Assembly: GCA_000934665.2 (NCBI GenBank)
Contig: JYFJ02003772.1
Span: 1-37,771, forward strand
From: Catajapyx aquilonaris
Lineage: Eukaryota
Direction: 5' to 3'
Length of the DNA stretch: 37,771 nt
Shown here: piece after piece, positions 35,301 to 37,771 of the stretch
Position numbering within the stretch: position 1 is the stretch's first letter
Layout: every line of letters starts with the position of its first letter
Program-made: the position numbers and the translations under genes
Notes under the pieces: model-generated
Database searches by the model: none
Seen by the model: the letters and a program-made list of their open reading frames with translations, nothing else
Told to the model about the DNA's origin: nothing

Positions 35301-37771
35301 CCTGATGGATAACGATAACTTCGGAATTGATAACACAACCGGAGTAATCACCGTGATACAAGACAACGTGTTTGACTACGAAACACCGTCAATGAGACAA
35401 ATGCGGTTGACCATCCTTGCCAAAGACAGCTATGGGCAAGCCGGAAGCTTGTCCTCTTCAGTGGAGTTGATAATCGACGCCTTAGATGTGGACGACACCC
35501 AGCCTATTATAAAAGTGGTAATGATCGAAACCGCGTAGACTAACAGGCACCATTTAAAATCATAAATGAGACCAATGATGGTAAAATTGTGCCACCATGT
35601 TTCAGCCGTACACTCAATTCCACGTGAAGGAGAACCAACCAAGTGTGGTCACTGTCACGGACGGCATCATTGCCACAGACCAAGACACCCAAGCAAAACT
35701 GACATTCTCCATAGATTGGACACACACGTCTGCTCTTAAACAAGGAGCCGTTGTGAACGCTACCACCTACAATTACGTAGGGTAAGACAACAATGATCAT
35801 CGTCGTCAGCATCATGGACTGACATTATTTCATTACAGGAGCTTGGATATTAAGACAGAAGAACAAACTTCAGAAAATGGACTAAATAAAACTAAGGGAA
35901 TAGTCACAACGTCTTTGAATCCTAAACTGGACAGGGAAGAAATAGATACACTTATTGTAGTCATAAAAGTACGGGATGTAAACACTGTGTTGGGGACATC
36001 ATCCGCTACAGGTATAGTCAGTTACCGGTATTACTTACATTTGTCTTTCAATATATTGTACATTTATTACATCCTGCGTTCCATGCAAAGCACGGCATAA
36101 GTTTACAGCCGGTGTTGTCGAGTGAAAAGCCATGGTTAACCAATTCCATTGCAAAATTTTACAAGAGCAATTGTGCATTCACAACAGTTGAAAATAATAT
36201 GGAATATATTAGCTGCATAAAGCGGGCTTGCAAGCACGCAATATTATCATATATTACCGAAGCAGGTTGGTGTAGGGGTTAAGGAGCCAGACTGCTAATC
36301 GGGAGGTCCTGGGATCAAATCCCCGGGCCGGCAACTCTGACCGTGGTTTTCTGTGGTTTCCCACGGTCCCTCCAGGAAAATTCCGGAGTTGTTTCCGTAA
36401 TTAACAGGCCACAGCCGCTTCCTTCCTTCCCTATCCCTTCCCAAAAAAGCGAAGCAAAAAGTAAAAAGACAAGAGTTCCTGACAAAAAAAAAAATTGGGA
36501 TGAACTCCCCCCCTAAGAGAGCCAATGGCTCTATCACGGGGTAAATTATTATTATTATTATTATTAATATTATCATATATTTGTGCTTAAGGTTACTTGT
36601 TAATTTGGCAGGTACAATGACTGTAAAAATAGATGACATAAACGACAACCCCCCGGTGATATCGTCATTCAACGCGACGGGTTTGAACGTGGACGAGAAT
36701 TCTCCTGTTGGTCAGAATATCTTCACATTCGAAGCGAGTGACAAGGATGAAAAACCCAATCTGGATTGGTCAATCGACGATTGCGAATCATCCGGGGATA
36801 TCTCTTCCCTGGTCAAGCTGAGCCAGAAAAAGACCACAGCTGACCTCCTCGTGGCCGCAAACATCGACAGGGAGACATTCGCCTTCCTTTGTTACAATCT
36901 CACCGTGTCGGATGGAAAATATCAGGATTCGGTGCAGGTATGAGACTACTCCTGTAATGGCAAAATACTCATATCAGAATGTGAATATAGCCTGTCTGGC
37001 AACATATGGATGACAATGCGTCCAATCATAAGGCCGCACAATTATTTGCTACACATTAAATGGCCAGTGTCCAATCACGTTTACGACGCATACTGTATAC
37101 AAGTATAGGATCTACCAGCAAAACTTATTAGATAGATAATGCGAGTCCCATACTGATCTAATCAACTAATTGCTTCCATTCAAATTTCCAGATCAACATT
37201 ACTGTAAATGACGAGAACGACAATTATCCCATTTTCAGTGACACTGAAAAAACTCGCTTCAGCATATACGAAAATCCTGACAATGGATCCTCCCTGACTC
37301 AAATTCAAGCCACCGACAAGGATCAAGGTGCAGTAAGCCAAAACAGGGCAACAATCAGCAGACGCAGAACAGACGCGTACAGAACAATCGACTGAGTTTA
37401 ACTCATTTGAAATTTGCCCAGATTAAATAATCAGCATGATTTGTTTCAATTACTGCAGATCGACAACTAAACCTGAAAAATTAATCCAAAACAATAGCAA
37501 TTTATGTGGTTCTAAAATTAATTTACTATTCCTTAAAGTTCTTTTCGTATTCCCTTGGATTATTTCATTTGGAAGTATAATATGGTGTAAATGTAAAGTA
37601 TAATGTTACTTTTTCCCAGGAAACTACTCTATTATCGGATATGAAATTATCTCGGAGACCAATGCTTTTGTCATCGATCCTGACACCGGTGACGTTACAG
37701 TCTTCTACAAAAATGGAGGGACATTGGATCGCGAGACACAACCTAACCTGACGCTAGTAATTTCGGCCACG
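32282..37771 (+). CDS. Cadherin-like protein (insect midgut BtR1/Cad88C-type, cadherin-23-like); 5' part, 16 coding exons, continues past the window end
   Basis: Signal peptide then tandem extracellular cadherin repeats: LDYE/LDFE/LDRE/IDRE, DxD, and linkers DINDNPP (x3), DEPDMPP, NIDDNSP, DVDDTQP, DENDNYP. All 15 introns are GT-AG and phases give a continuous 922-codon frame. FSIDWTHTSALKQG resembles the FEIDW..SYATKQG segment of BtR-type cadherins. Confidence 0.9.
32432..32566 (+). CDS. Cadherin exon 2
   Basis: TTTCAG acceptor; FQWGNPLILEDPE...IPEDLDIEIVAKLNFT; GTCAGA donor; phase 1/1. Confidence 0.8.
32652..32902 (+). CDS. Cadherin exon 3
   Basis: KPLDYE...DIKDINDNPPQW...INENQ; TTTACAG acceptor, GTGAGT donor. 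Confidence 0.92.
32966..33046 (+). CDS. Cadherin exon 4
   Basis: KIIKWVQYIATDVDTMDKQLTHSLTFK; CCTGCAG acceptor, GTAAGT donor; 81 nt, not in the ORF track. Confidence 0.88.
33142..33258 (+). CDS. Cadherin exon 5
   Basis: EEDSEMDCFHLDNSTGWLSVVKPLDFETSQFHLLHITVF; TTTTCAG acceptor, GTGAGT donor. Confidence 0.92.
33329..33451 (+). CDS. Cadherin exon 6
   Basis: DSQELHNISVDVSVSVQDEPDMPPTWKHIEPAVMVAENTPV; TTTTCAG acceptor, GTAAGT donor. Confidence 0.92.
33774..33852 (+). CDS. Cadherin exon 7
   Basis: GTEVATIQAVRGDVELDYGIGYIISA; GACAG acceptor, GTTTGA donor (phase 1). Confidence 0.88.
33926..34236 (+). CDS. Cadherin exon 8
   Basis: GNEEGYFNL...NIDDNSPVF...IPE...VWDPDT; CTTTCAG acceptor, GTGAGT donor. 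Confidence 0.92.
34305..34484 (+). CDS. Cadherin exon 9
   Basis: GINGTF...LLDYEDEEWRHITFR; CCCAG acceptor, GTTAGT donor. Confidence 0.92.
34550..34767 (+). CDS. Cadherin exon 10
   Basis: DLTDINDNPPEF...VNE...AMDRD; TTTGCAG acceptor, GTGACA donor (phase 2). Confidence 0.92.
35295..35517 (+). CDS. Cadherin exon 11
   Basis: FSLMDNDNFGIDNTTGVI...FDYE...DVDDTQPIIKV; TTTGCAG acceptor, GTAATG donor. Confidence 0.9.
35606..35781 (+). CDS. Cadherin exon 12
   Basis: PYTQFHVKEN...ATDQD...FSIDWTHTSALKQG; TTTCAG acceptor, GTAAGA donor (phase 2). Confidence 0.9.
35839..36011 (+). CDS. Cadherin exon 13
   Basis: SLDIKTEE...KLDREEIDTLIVVIKVRDVNT; TTACAG acceptor, GTATAG donor (phase 1). Confidence 0.9.
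36256..36565 (+). mobile_element. Full-length tRNA-derived SINE in cadherin intron 13
   Basis: Starts ACCGAAGCAGGTTGGTGTAGGGGTTAAG (A box), GACTGCTAATC, B-box-like GGATCAAATCC, core GTGGTTTTCTGTGGTTTCCC...GGCCACAGCCGCTTCCTTCC, (ATT)n tail; exact 16-bp TSD AATATTATCATATATT (36240-36255, 36566-36581). Confidence 0.93.
36612..36937 (+). CDS. Cadherin exon 14
   Basis: TMTVKIDDINDNPP...VDENSPVG...ASDKD...IDRE...VSDG; TTGGCAG acceptor, GTATGA donor. Confidence 0.92.
37192..37327 (+). CDS. Cadherin exon 15
   Basis: INITVNDENDNYPIF...IYENPDNGSSLTQIQATDKDQ; TTTCCAG acceptor; the phase of the next exon requires donor AAG|GTGCAG at 37328. Confidence 0.85.
37620..37771 (+). CDS. Cadherin exon 16 (runs to the window end)
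   Basis: TTTTCCCAG acceptor; NYSIIGYEIISETNAFVIDPDTGDVTV...LDRETQPNLTLVISAT. Confidence 0.9.

Overview
Eukaryotic (insect) genomic DNA. Two protein-coding genes, both on the + strand, were reconstructed by hand from splice sites and reading phase. (1) A complete three-coding-exon rhodopsin-class neuropeptide GPCR of the pyrokinin/PBAN (neuromedin-U-like) receptor family, join(22375..23218,29787..30004,30190..30792), 554 aa, with a PBANR/PK2R-type C-tail. (2) The first 16 coding exons (922 codons, 32282 to the window end) of a signal-peptide-bearing cadherin resembling the insect midgut BtR1/Cad88C-type cadherins. The first ~22 kb has no intact gene. It and the introns hold many transposon relics: hAT, Tc1/mariner and TTAA-type MITEs, a non-autonomous Helitron, two tRNA-derived SINEs (one intact with a 16-bp TSD), and decayed CR1-like RT and maT-like transposase fragments. 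I found no convincing new multi-gene system. The best leads are uORFs and a long overlapping reading frame on the GPCR mRNA, a possible short receptor isoform, perfect hairpins, SINEs with a shared head but different structured tails, nested transposon ends, and apparent enrichment of nuclear-receptor and CRE motifs. All homology calls rest on motif recognition, not database searches.
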